A stretch of DNA of 32,000 bases from an uncultured Chloroflexia bacterium (lineage in GTDB: Bacteria > Chloroflexota > Anaerolineae > Anaerolineales > Anaerolineaceae), in NCBI GenBank assembly GCA_963704755.1, contig OY969938.1, positions 2,280,001 to 2,312,000 of the forward strand, written 5' to 3'. Positions 8,400 to 16,415 of the stretch are shown piece after piece. Below the pieces are notes generated by a model. It had not been told where the DNA came from, made no database searches, and worked only from the letters and a program-made list of their open reading frames with translations. A program made the position numbers and the translations under genes. Every line of letters begins with the position of its first letter. Position 1 is the stretch's first letter.

Positions 8400-8645
8400 C
8401 CGTCCAGGCTGTGATCGGTGCCCCTCTCCTGTCCGATGTAGGGGCGAAGCCGGTCGCCGGGTTGGATGACTTGGATGGCCACTTATGTGAAACCGCTATG
8501 TTCTGGCCGGGTCTACGACAGCTAAAGCTGCACCTACAACTACACGAAGACCCACCTGCGTGGGTCTCCCTTTCGAAAAAAGCCGGTTCCATGGACAGGG
8601 TTTTGAGGGGCCGGCGTTCTCTCGGGTTGGAAACCCGAGCTGACT
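8400..8645 (-). repeat. Dispersed fifth copy (inverted orientation) of the 1383-2280 repeat unit
   Basis: The reverse complement of 8503-8640 reads GCTCGGGTTTCCAACCCGAG...GAGACCCACGCAGGTGGGTCTTCGTGTAGTTGTAGGTGCAGCTTTAGCTGTCGTAGACCCGG, which is the same core and hairpins as the array units. Confidence 0.85.
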
Positions 8646-8652
8646 TAATCCT

Positions 8653-10320
8653 TCAGCGGCGGACCTGGGGCAAATAAATGGTGCTCAGGTTGGTGTACAG
8701 GGCCAGGTGTACCGGAATATATATCGTGTCCACCGCGGGATTATCGGCTTGCAGGGCCAGGCGGGTATCGTATTCCCCTGGGGTGAGCCCATCCCGGTCG
8801 ATGGCCAGGGACACCCGGCTGCCCTGGGTGGTGGCCTGCAGCCAGCCCGCCTCGGAAGTGGCGGTCCAGTTGAATTCTGTCCCGCAGGTCGTCCCCACGG
8901 TCAGCGTCCCGGTTGGCAGCAGGTGATCCGGCTGCAAGTCGGCCATAAAATTAAAGGAAGACGGTGCCGCAGATAGCGCCGGAACTGCCGTGACCCCCTC
9001 GCTGAAAGGCGTAAAATTGCTGCCGTCCGCGTTGGAATAGCGCACCCAGATGCCCTCACCGCGGTAATGGCCGCCCGGAACGCTCCAGGTCATCGACGAG
9101 CCGGTCAGCGGCTGGGGCGCGCTGAATACCGTGATTGCGTCCAGGCTGACCGCCGCGGACCCACTGCGCTGGACCACAAACTCCATGAAGGGATTTTCCG
9201 TGGTGGGACTGTAGGTGAACGGCACCGGGATCTCGACGTATTGATTGGAAGCCGGAAAATCGGCCCCGGTCAGGTGCACCGGCCCGTAGGAATTGGCCCC
9301 GGCGCTAATTAAAATGGAAGCCAGTTCGCCGCTCTGCTGCTTATCGCTGACTTTGAGGCGCACGTACGCCACCAGGGGTGTGTTTTCGACGAAACTGGTC
9401 GTCCAGACCCAGGAAAAATTCTGGCCGTTTTGGGTCGAAAGCACCACCGCTTTACCGTCCCAGGCGTCGCTGTCGGCCGACTGGGGCAGCAAATTATTAT
9501 TGCCATCCATGAAGCCGTCGCCCAGCCAGCCGGGGGAGAACTGAACGTAGCCCCGCCCGTCCCCGTTGAGCTGGTACAGCTTGACCGACGAGGCGATGGT
9601 AGACATCTGCGCTTCGCCGATTTCGTCCAAAGGCGGCGTGTCGCCCAGGTAGATCGTGTCGCTGGCGATGCTGGTGTGGCCGTAGGCATCCCGCGAGCGC
9701 ACGTAGACCGTTTTCCAGCCCTCTCCGCTCGAAAGGCTGTAGGACGGATCGGCGGAAAAGGCCTGGTAATCGCTGCCCAGGGCGCATTCATCCTCGCCCA
9801 CCTGCATTTGCACCGCCGGGCGCAAACTTTGGACATGATTGCCGATCTGGACGTTATAAATATACAGGTCCACGTCCGGAGAGGTGGTCTGCAGAGCCTC
9901 GTTGTCGATCACCACCGGCGCATAGTTCGAGTCCGCACCGAAATCCTCGGCGATCCAACCGCCGTTGGTCTGGCTGTAGCCCACGCCGACTTCACGGCTG
10001 TTCGGGTCCAATATGTTGGCCCGGTGTCCGCTGCTGTTCATCCAGCCTTCCAGGGCCGCCGGGGGCTCGAGGAAAGTACACCAGACGTCTTCCGCTCCGG
10101 CCAGGCCCTGGTAGCCGAAAGCAACCGCGCGGGTATTGGGATAATTCCCGAATGAATCCTGGTGGCCGTTTGTGTCGCTGCAGTCCGGCGAATGTGCCAC
10201 GCTGGACTTGTCCTGCGAAAACCAGCGCGCCGATTGGGTGAGCTGCCAGTTCATCTTCAGCGGGGGCAGGCCATTGTCCGCGCGGTTCTGGTTGGTTAAA
10301 ATAGACAGTTTCGACCTCAT
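8653..10320 (-). CDS. CAP/SCP (YkwD-like) domain exoprotein with long beta-rich C-terminal region; N-terminus displaced by a frameshift
   Basis: LTNQNRADNGLPPLKMNWQL...GHRANILDPNSREVGVGY is the CAP-domain signature. The rest is Ser/Thr/Gly-rich, as in a secreted protein. No signal peptide lies in this frame; see 10302-10432. Confidence 0.75.
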   Translation of the reverse strand: MRSKLSILTNQNRADNGLPPLKMNWQLTQSARWFSQDKSSVAHSPDCSDTNGHQDSFGNYPNTRAVAFGYQGLAGAEDVWCTFLEPPAALEGWMNSSGHRANILDPNSREVGVGYSQTNGGWIAEDFGADSNYAPVVIDNEALQTTSPDVDLYIYNVQIGNHVQSLRPAVQMQVGEDECALGSDYQAFSADPSYSLSSGEGWKTVYVRSRDAYGHTSIASDTIYLGDTPPLDEIGEAQMSTIASSVKLYQLNGDGRGYVQFSPGWLGDGFMDGNNNLLPQSADSDAWDGKAVVLSTQNGQNFSWVWTTSFVENTPLVAYVRLKVSDKQQSGELASILISAGANSYGPVHLTGADFPASNQYVEIPVPFTYSPTTENPFMEFVVQRSGSAAVSLDAITVFSAPQPLTGSSMTWSVPGGHYRGEGIWVRYSNADGSNFTPFSEGVTAVPALSAAPSSFNFMADLQPDHLLPTGTLTVGTTCGTEFNWTATSEAGWLQATTQGSRVSLAIDRDGLTPGEYDTRLALQADNPAVDTIYIPVHLALYTNLSTIYLPQVRR

Positions 10321-10432
10321 CTGAGGCCAGTTGAGGCGTTTGAGTCACCGGCTGGTAGCCGCTTTGGGCGGCAACAAGGCCGGCAGAAACGGCTAACAGG
10401 ATAACTCCGGCGAAGATGGCTCCGATGCGCAT
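10302..10432 (-). other. Orphan signal-peptide-encoding 5' segment of the CAP gene, in a frame offset by one nucleotide
   Basis: ATG at 10432 has GGAG 11 nt upstream and encodes MRIGAIFAGVILLAVSAGLVAAQSGYQ..QLASDEVETVY. This frame meets the CAP frame at the A4/T4 run 10298-10301. Confidence 0.6.
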
Positions 10433-10577
10433 GCTTTGAACTTCTCCTGAAACGGTGTGGCTCACTGGCTTTTCCCGCCGAGCCAAAACTATTGTACTCT
10501 TTATCGGTGAATAAAGCGGTAAAAGATGTCGTTTATCGCAAATTCAGGGATATCCGTCTCCAGCCGCTGCCATTCCT

Positions 10578-10586
10578 GGTACAATG
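10578..10586 (+). promoter_or_regulatory. Candidate extended -10 promoter (TGgTACAAT) for the helicase gene
   Basis: TGGTACAAT at 10578-10586 ends 8 nt before the ATG at 10595, with no Shine-Dalgarno between them. This fits a leaderless transcript, but it is a pattern match only. Confidence 0.3.
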
Positions 10587-10594
10587 ATGCCCGT

Positions 10595-12820
10595 ATGGAA
10601 ACAATGGACTATCTCAACCGCCTCAACCCGCAGCAGCGCCAGGCCGTCACCGCCGGGCTGGGACAAACCCTGGTATTGGCCGGCCCAGGTTCGGGCAAGA
10701 CCCGCGTGCTCACCCAGCGGATCGTTTACCTGATCCAGGCCATGGGCGTGTATCCGCAAAATATCCTGGCCGTTACATTTACCAACAAAGCTGCCCGCGA
10801 AATGGGCAACCGCCTGGAAAACCTGTTGGAAGGACAGGCGCAGGGCGTCTGGCTGGGCACTTTCCATGCCAACTGCGCCCGTATCCTGCGGCGCGAAACC
10901 CAGTACCTGCCCTTCGATAACAATTTCGTCATCATGGACGCGGATGACCAGTTGGCCATCATCAAGCGAGCCATTAAAGAGCTCAACGTGGACGACAAGA
11001 CCTTTCGTCCCATCAGCATCCACAACGCCATTTCGAACGCCAAGAACAACCTGCAAACGGTCGAGGATTTTCCCACCAACGGCTACCGCGAAGAGGTCAC
11101 CCAACGCATCTACGAGCGTTACCAATCCCTGCTGCGCGCCTCCAACGCGGTCGATTTCGACGACCTGCTGCTGGAAACGGTGCGCTTGCTGGCCAATAAC
11201 CCCCAGGTGCACGAGCGCTATGCCCAACGCTTTCAGCACGTGCTGGTCGATGAGTTCCAGGACACCAACCTGGTGCAGTATGAGCTGCTCAAGCTGCTGG
11301 CCTCGCTGAACCGCAACCTGTTCGTGGTGGGTGACGAGGACCAGTCGATTTATCGCTGGCGCGGGGCCGATTACCGCAACGTGCTGCGCTTCGAAGACGA
11401 TTACCCGGATTGCACCAAGATCCTGCTGGAGCAGAACTACCGCTCCACCCAGACCGTGCTGGATACGGCTCGGGCCGTCATCGACCGCAACGAATACCGC
11501 ACCCCCAAGCACCTCTTCTCTGACCGGGGCCGGGGCGACCGCATTGTGCTCTACGAGGCGGTGGACGACCACGCCGAGGCCGCCTTTGTGGTGGATACCG
11601 TCCACCAGTGGACCAGCACCGGCAAGGCCCAGGGCGGCGATTTCGCGGTTATGTACCGCACCAACGCTCAGTCCCGCCTGCTCGAAGAGGCCTTCCTGCG
11701 GGCCGGCATGCCCTACCGCCTGGTCGGCGCCACCCGGTTCTATGGCCGCCGGGAAGTCAAGGATGTGATTGCCTTTTTACGCCTGGTGCACAACCCGGAC
11801 GATGAAATATCGCTGGCGCGGGTGATCAACGTCCCGCCGCGCGGTGTGGGCGACAAGACCGTGGTCGCGCTCGACCTGGCCGCCCGCCAGGTACATCTCT
11901 CTTCCGGGCGAATGCTGCTCGAGTTGGGCAATAAAGGCAGCGATTCACCCAGTTGGGGGCTGTTCAACGGTCGCAGCGGGCCGGTTCTGGGTGATTTTGG
12001 CGCCATGCTGGCCGGTTGGCGCACTGCCAACGCGGGCGGGCTGTCATTGCCCGGTTTATTCGACCGCATCCTGGCGGATACTTCCTACCAGGAATACATC
12101 GACGACGGCAGCGATGAAGGCAGCGAGCGCTGGGGCAACGTGGAAGAGCTGCGCCGGCTGGCCTTCGAATACAGCGAGCGCGGCCTGTCCGCCTTCCTGG
12201 AAAACCTGGCGCTGGTCTCCGACCAGGACACCTTGCCGGACGAAGCCGCCCACGCGCCCACCTTGCTGACCCTGCATGCCGCCAAGGGCCTGGAATTTTC
12301 GCAGGTTTTCATCATCGGCCTGGATGAGGGGCTGCTGCCGCATTCACGCTCCAAGGAAGACCCCGAGGAAATGGCCGAGGAACGGCGCCTGTTTTACGTG
12401 GGCCTGACCCGCGCCAAGGACCGCGTCTACCTGGTGCATGCCAGCCAGCGCAGCACTTACGGCTCGCTCGAAATGCAAGAACCCTCGCAGTTTCTGGATG
12501 ATTTGCCGGAAGATCTGGTCCAGCGCCAGGGACAACGGCGCTACGACGGGGGAAACAGCGATTACGGCTCACGCCCCAAGACCTGGAACATCCATACCAC
12601 CACCTGGCAATCCAGCCGGCCGCCGCAGGCTTCCGCGCCGATCATCGAGCAGCATTTTCACCCGGCCGACCGTGTGCGCCATCCCGCCTGGGGCGAAGGT
12701 ATGGTCATGGAAAGCCGCATCCAGGACGGCGACGAGACCGTGGATGTCTATTTCGAGACCGTCGGCTTCAAGCGCCTGGTCGCTTCGATGGCCAAGCTGG
12801 AAGTGTTGCCGAAGGGGTGA
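10595..12820 (+). CDS. pcrA: ATP-dependent DNA helicase PcrA/UvrD (SF1A)
   Basis: LNPQQRQAV, Walker A AGPGSGKT, VDEFQDTN, GDEDQSIYRWRGA, QNYRST, TLHAAKGLEF and VGLTRAK are all present, plus a C-terminal Tudor-like tail HPAWGEGMV. The ORF is open from 10526, but homologues start at M-E-T-M-DYLN (10595). Confidence 0.92.
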   Translation: METMDYLNRLNPQQRQAVTAGLGQTLVLAGPGSGKTRVLTQRIVYLIQAMGVYPQNILAVTFTNKAAREMGNRLENLLEGQAQGVWLGTFHANCARILRRETQYLPFDNNFVIMDADDQLAIIKRAIKELNVDDKTFRPISIHNAISNAKNNLQTVEDFPTNGYREEVTQRIYERYQSLLRASNAVDFDDLLLETVRLLANNPQVHERYAQRFQHVLVDEFQDTNLVQYELLKLLASLNRNLFVVGDEDQSIYRWRGADYRNVLRFEDDYPDCTKILLEQNYRSTQTVLDTARAVIDRNEYRTPKHLFSDRGRGDRIVLYEAVDDHAEAAFVVDTVHQWTSTGKAQGGDFAVMYRTNAQSRLLEEAFLRAGMPYRLVGATRFYGRREVKDVIAFLRLVHNPDDEISLARVINVPPRGVGDKTVVALDLAARQVHLSSGRMLLELGNKGSDSPSWGLFNGRSGPVLGDFGAMLAGWRTANAGGLSLPGLFDRILADTSYQEYIDDGSDEGSERWGNVEELRRLAFEYSERGLSAFLENLALVSDQDTLPDEAAHAPTLLTLHAAKGLEFSQVFIIGLDEGLLPHSRSKEDPEEMAEERRLFYVGLTRAKDRVYLVHASQRSTYGSLEMQEPSQFLDDLPEDLVQRQGQRRYDGGNSDYGSRPKTWNIHTTTWQSSRPPQASAPIIEQHFHPADRVRHPAWGEGMVMESRIQDGDETVDVYFETVGFKRLVASMAKLEVLPKG

Positions 12821-12821
12821 T

Positions 12822-12900
12822 GAAGAGAGATAAGAGAAGAGAGAGTAGAGAATAGTCGATAAGGCGACGAGTTGACGAGGCAACCAGGCAACAAGGGAGG
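12822..12900 (+). repeat. Left arm of an imperfect ~75-bp inverted repeat (GA-rich module plus octamer-periodic tract)
   Basis: GAGAGTAGAGAATAGTCGA...TTGACGAGGCAACCAGGCAACAAGG matches the reverse complement of 13375-13462. It starts 2 nt after the helicase stop. Confidence 0.8.
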
Positions 12901-13050
12901 ATAAAGTCAAAGGTGATCGGGCCGGTCTCCTGACCGAGCCCGCTCTTCAACGCCGTCATTTGTAGCGCGTAGGGTGGGCTAACGGGTAACAAGTCAATGA
13001 GGCAAAAAGGGAATAAGGCAACGAGGGGGATGAAGTCAGAGGGCAAAGGT

Positions 13051-13130
13051 GATCGGCCCGGTCTCCAGACCGAGGCCGCTCTTATTGGCCGGCCAGGAAG
13101 AGCGGCCTCGGTCTGGAGACCGGGCCGATC
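13051..13130. repeat. Perfect 33-bp-stem hairpin between convergent operons (possible bidirectional terminator)
   Basis: GATCGGCCCGGTCTCCAGACCGAGGCCGCTCTT (13051-13083) is the exact reverse complement of 13098-13130, with the 14-nt loop ATTGGCCGGCCAGG. A half-copy lies at 12915-12950. Confidence 0.85.
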
Positions 13131-13257
13131 GCTTTGACCAATCGGATGGGTCTTTAGTGTGCAATCCATTTACACAATTCGTTTGACATTCTCGGGAGGA
13201 ATAAATCAAAAGACGCAGTCCTTTTCCCTGGTTGCCTGATCGGCCAGCTACAAGCCG

Positions 13258-13316
13258 TTGGCCGGCGCTTCGCCCTCATCCCCCGGCCCCTTCTCCCAGA
13301 AACGGGAGAAGGGGTG
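13258..13316 (+). repeat. REP-like element GCCCTCATCCCC..CCCCTTCTCCCAGAAACGGGAGAAGGGG
   Basis: The 11-bp stem CCCCTTCTCCC/GGGAGAAGGGG spans 13287-13314. The same family occurs in reverse orientation at 29262-29310. Confidence 0.75.
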
Positions 13317-13374
13317 TCTTGCTACCAGAATGCTACGTTTGGCGGTGAAAATTGATCGACCTTTCACCTTATTG

Positions 13375-13462
13375 CCTTATCAACTTGTTGCCTTGTTGCC
13401 TCGTTGCCTCATCAACTTTTCGACTATTCTCTACTCTCTATTCTCTATTCTCTTCTTCTCTT
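13375..13462 (-). repeat. Right arm of the ~75-bp inverted repeat
   Basis: Its reverse complement reads GAGAGTAGAGAATAGTCGAAAAGTTGATGAGGCAACGAGGCAACAAGG, with octamer periodicity (CTTGTTGC x3). It abuts the hydrogenase large-subunit stop codon. Confidence 0.8.
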
Positions 13463-13465
13463 CCC

Positions 13466-14545
13466 TCACCGATCCGTACACGAATAACACGGGTCGATCG
13501 AGGCCTGGATGAGCGGCATGTCGGCTAACTGCTGGCCGGCGCTCATGGCCTGCACCGAGGGCATGTTCACGTAGGTTGGGGTGCGGATTTTGACCCGGTG
13601 GGGGATATCGCTGCCGTCGGAGGCCAGGTAATAGAACACCTCACCCCGCGGGGCTTCTGCCCGCGCAGTCCCTTCGCCCATCGGGACGGTGGGGTAGCGG
13701 TTCAACGACTGGATCGGGCCAGACGGCAGGTCTTGCAGCGCTTTTTCGATCAGGCGGACGCTCTCCAGCATTTCCAGCGCACGCACGACCAGGCGGGCCT
13801 GCACGTCCCCGGCGGTCTCAACGATTTTCTTGACCTCCAGCTCGCCGTAAGCGGCATAGGGCAAGTCACTGCGCACGTCGAAAGCGACCCCCGAGGCGCG
13901 GGCGGTCGGGCCGACCGTGCCGTAAGCCAGGGCATCCGCGCGGGTGAGCACCCCTACACCGGCCGTGCGCGCCTTAACCGTGCGATCGCTGGTGAAGATC
14001 GGGATGACCACTTTCTCGATGCTCTGACGTATTTTGCGGATCGCCGTCAGGATCGACTCGGGATCGCTGACATCGCGGTTGACCCCGCCGATACAGTTCA
14101 TGGCGTAATTGACCCGGTTACCCGAGATGGCCTCGAGCACATCCATGACCAGCTCGCGCACCGCAAAAACTTGCATGAACATGGTCTGGAAACCGATCAA
14201 TTCGGCGGCCACGCCGGCCCACAGCAGGTGCGAGTGCAGCCGTTCCAACTCGGCCATAATGACGCGAATGTAGGCCGCCCGCGGCGGCAGGTCGAGCCCG
14301 GCCACCGTTTCGGCGGCCATACAGAAGGTCATGGTGTGGACGTTGGAACAGATGCCGCACACGCGCTCGACCAGGGCCAGGTCCTGGATGTAGTTGCGGC
14401 GCTGGGCCAGCAGCTCGATCCCACGGAAGTTGAAGCCGATTTCGATATCCACATTCTGCACGGATTCGCCCTGGCAGAACACGTTAATTTTGTACGGCTC
14501 TTCCAACGCGGGGTGGTAAGGGCCAATAGGAATGATATATGGCAT
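13466..14545 (-). CDS. Group-4 [NiFe]-hydrogenase large subunit (NuoD/CooH/HycE-C/EchE-like)
   Basis: N-terminal Ni-Fe ligand motif RVCGICSNVH. The C-terminal motif DPCYSCTDR is followed directly by the stop codon. The start was chosen at the ATG at 14545 (MPYIIPIGPYHP, GAGGG 6 nt upstream, 8 nt after the upstream stop). The ORF extension to 14689 overlaps the upstream gene and is rejected. Confidence 0.9.
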   Translation of the reverse strand: MPYIIPIGPYHPALEEPYKINVFCQGESVQNVDIEIGFNFRGIELLAQRRNYIQDLALVERVCGICSNVHTMTFCMAAETVAGLDLPPRAAYIRVIMAELERLHSHLLWAGVAAELIGFQTMFMQVFAVRELVMDVLEAISGNRVNYAMNCIGGVNRDVSDPESILTAIRKIRQSIEKVVIPIFTSDRTVKARTAGVGVLTRADALAYGTVGPTARASGVAFDVRSDLPYAAYGELEVKKIVETAGDVQARLVVRALEMLESVRLIEKALQDLPSGPIQSLNRYPTVPMGEGTARAEAPRGEVFYYLASDGSDIPHRVKIRTPTYVNMPSVQAMSAGQQLADMPLIQASIDPCYSCTDR

Positions 14546-14553
14546 GATACCCT

Positions 14554-14976
14554 CTATTGTTTCCCTTCTGCCCCGCCTGGTTCTCGGAAAATACCGGGCT
14601 CCATTCGAGCGGGAAGGATCAGCCGCTCCGTGGTGGGGCGGCCGCTGAACTCGACCCGGTATAAATCCCAGATTTCGCGCTCGATCCAATCCGCCGCCGG
14701 CAGGACGGCGCTGATCGAGGGCAGGGCGTTCTTTTGGGTGGTCACTTTAAAGTTGAAGCACTGCCGGTCGAGACAATAATGGTAAATGACCTCGGTTTCG
14801 TCGCCGGGCAAGGGAGCAGCCGTGATGGTGCTCAAGCGGGCTTCCCAATCCAGCATACAGCGGGCCGCCGCCACCACGTCCAGGGCCGGGGCGGACATCC
14901 ACCAGCCATCGCGGTGTTGAATCAGTTCCGTCGCGCCGGGTAAGCTGCGGATCTGGCTCTTGAGTTCAGTGGCCAT
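14554..14976 (-). CDS. Hydrogenase NuoC/CooU-like subunit
   Basis: 140 aa with AADWIEREIWDLYRVEFSGRP, matching the NuoC 30-kDa-subunit signature (EREixDxxGixF). Confidence 0.8.
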   Translation of the reverse strand: MATELKSQIRSLPGATELIQHRDGWWMSAPALDVVAAARCMLDWEARLSTITAAPLPGDETEVIYHYCLDRQCFNFKVTTQKNALPSISAVLPAADWIEREIWDLYRVEFSGRPTTERLILPARMEPGIFREPGGAEGKQ

Positions 14977-15493
14977 GCTTGCCTCCGTTCCATTCCATCG
15001 CGTCCAGGAAATGCTGGCCGGTCAGTTTCTGGCGGCAGCGCTCGCACAACCCGCGCGTCTCAGCGATGGCCTCGGGCAGCGGATCGCCGTAAAGGTGCGT
15101 CAGGGTCTCCTCGGGCAGCGCATGGACCGGCTGGCCGCACTCCCGGCACAACGGATAATCCTTTTCCAGAACCTGGACCAGTTCTTTGCGCTCCAGGTAT
15201 ACCGGCGGGCGTTCAGCCTCCATGCTCAGGGCGCCCATCGGGCAATATTCAGCGCAGCGCCCGCAAAAAGTGCACCGGCCGGGGTCGTAGCTCCATTCGT
15301 AACCCTTGCCATGATCGCTAACGGTGATCGCGGACGGGGAGCACACGTAGGCGCAGGTGCCGCAGCCGATACAGCGCTCCAGGTCGTTCTGCACCAGCCC
15401 GCGCAGGCCTTCGGCGGGAATTACCCGCTCGGGGAAAGGCAGTGTCACCGGCCCCTCCCGCATATTTTCCAGGATCATTTGCAGAATATTCAT
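14966..15493 (-). CDS. Hydrogenase 2x[4Fe-4S] subunit (NuoI/CooX/HycF-like) with extra C-terminal CxxC...CxxC
   Basis: CIGCGTCAYVCSP and CTFCGRCAEYCPMGA ferredoxin motifs, plus an additional CRECG...(31 aa)...CERC pair near the C-terminus. Confidence 0.85.
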   Translation of the reverse strand: MNILQMILENMREGPVTLPFPERVIPAEGLRGLVQNDLERCIGCGTCAYVCSPSAITVSDHGKGYEWSYDPGRCTFCGRCAEYCPMGALSMEAERPPVYLERKELVQVLEKDYPLCRECGQPVHALPEETLTHLYGDPLPEAIAETRGLCERCRQKLTGQHFLDAMEWNGGKHGH

Positions 15494-15494
15494 A

Positions 15495-16415
15495 TTACAA
15501 ACCTCTCCCTGCCAGGAATCCCGCTGCCAGCAAAGCCAGCGCCGCGACGATGAACCCCCAGCGGCTGTAGAAGCGCACCGCCTGGGTAATTTTCAGGCGG
15601 GCCGTCCCGGCCGCCAGGGCTGCCAGCAGCCATACCAGCAGCAGGGAAACGCCCACAAACAGGAGCAGGTCGAGCGGCCACAAACCGGTGCGTGGCAGGA
15701 GCAGGCAGGTGAAAAAGCCGGTCAGGGTCACCCATTCCAGGCCGTGGGCCAGCTCCCAAAGAGCCAACTGCGGGCCGCCGTATTCGGTCAGCGGGCCGGC
15801 GTAGATTTCCTGTTCGGCGTTGGGCTGAGAGAAGGGGTTGAGGCGCAGCTTGGCCGGCAGGCACAGCAGAATGGCCAGCAAAGCCAGGCCCCGTCCCAGG
15901 CTGAGCGGCGCAGCGGCCAGCCCGGAAAGCTGCAAGGTGTGCGCATCCACCGCCAGGGCCACAATCGCCATCAGGAAGGCCAGGTTATAGGTAATGCTCA
16001 AGACGGCCTCACGCACCGAGCCGATCTCGGCGAACAGCGAGCGCGAGGAGAACCCGGACAGCACGCTGCAAATCGAGGGCAGTTCCAGCAGAGCCACCAA
16101 CAGCACCAGGTCGCCGGCGAAGCCGCCGCCGGAGAGGGTGAACACCGGCAGCAGGGCCAGGGCTCCGGTCAGCGAGGCCAGCGCCAGCACCGGCCAGAAG
16201 GCCATCAGCTTGCCGTCCAGGCCGGGACGGGTCGGGCCGGTTTTGGCCATCAGCTTGACGAAATCGAAGAAGGGCTGCATGAAGGGCGGGCCGATGCGCC
16301 GTTGAAAACGGGCCTCGGTTTTGCGTTCCAGCCACAGCATCAGCCAGCCGGCCGGCAGGGCATACAGCAGGCCGGGAAAGACCAGGGTTGCAAAAAGCGC
16401 CGTTCCCAGGTTCAT
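15495..16415 (-). CDS. Hydrogenase membrane subunit (NuoH/CooK/HycD-like)
   Basis: 306 aa, polytopic, with LERKTEARFQRRIGP (the NuoH-type ERKxxxxxQxRxGP motif) near the N-terminus. Confidence 0.85.
   Translation of the reverse strand: MNLGTALFATLVFPGLLYALPAGWLMLWLERKTEARFQRRIGPPFMQPFFDFVKLMAKTGPTRPGLDGKLMAFWPVLALASLTGALALLPVFTLSGGGFAGDLVLLVALLELPSICSVLSGFSSRSLFAEIGSVREAVLSITYNLAFLMAIVALAVDAHTLQLSGLAAAPLSLGRGLALLAILLCLPAKLRLNPFSQPNAEQEIYAGPLTEYGGPQLALWELAHGLEWVTLTGFFTCLLLPRTGLWPLDLLLFVGVSLLLVWLLAALAAGTARLKITQAVRFYSRWGFIVAALALLAAGFLAGRGL

Noticed and set aside
10290-10325. Programmed +1 ribosomal frameshift in the CAP-domain gene.
   Set aside because: No recognisable slippery or stall context beyond a 4-nt homopolymer was seen. 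An indel, either a sequencing error or a mutation, is the simpler explanation. It is kept as a finding only as a frame break.
14546-14689. N-terminal 48-aa extension of the hydrogenase large subunit (ORF start 14689), and the similar upstream extensions of 27292-27684 (radical SAM) and 26145-26252 (zinc-ribbon protein).
   Set aside because: The extensions overlap the preceding motif-supported genes, are Arg/Pro-rich, and homologous families begin at the internal Met. The internal starts have an SD (14545, GAGGG) or ATGA coupling to the upstream stop (26253, 27685).
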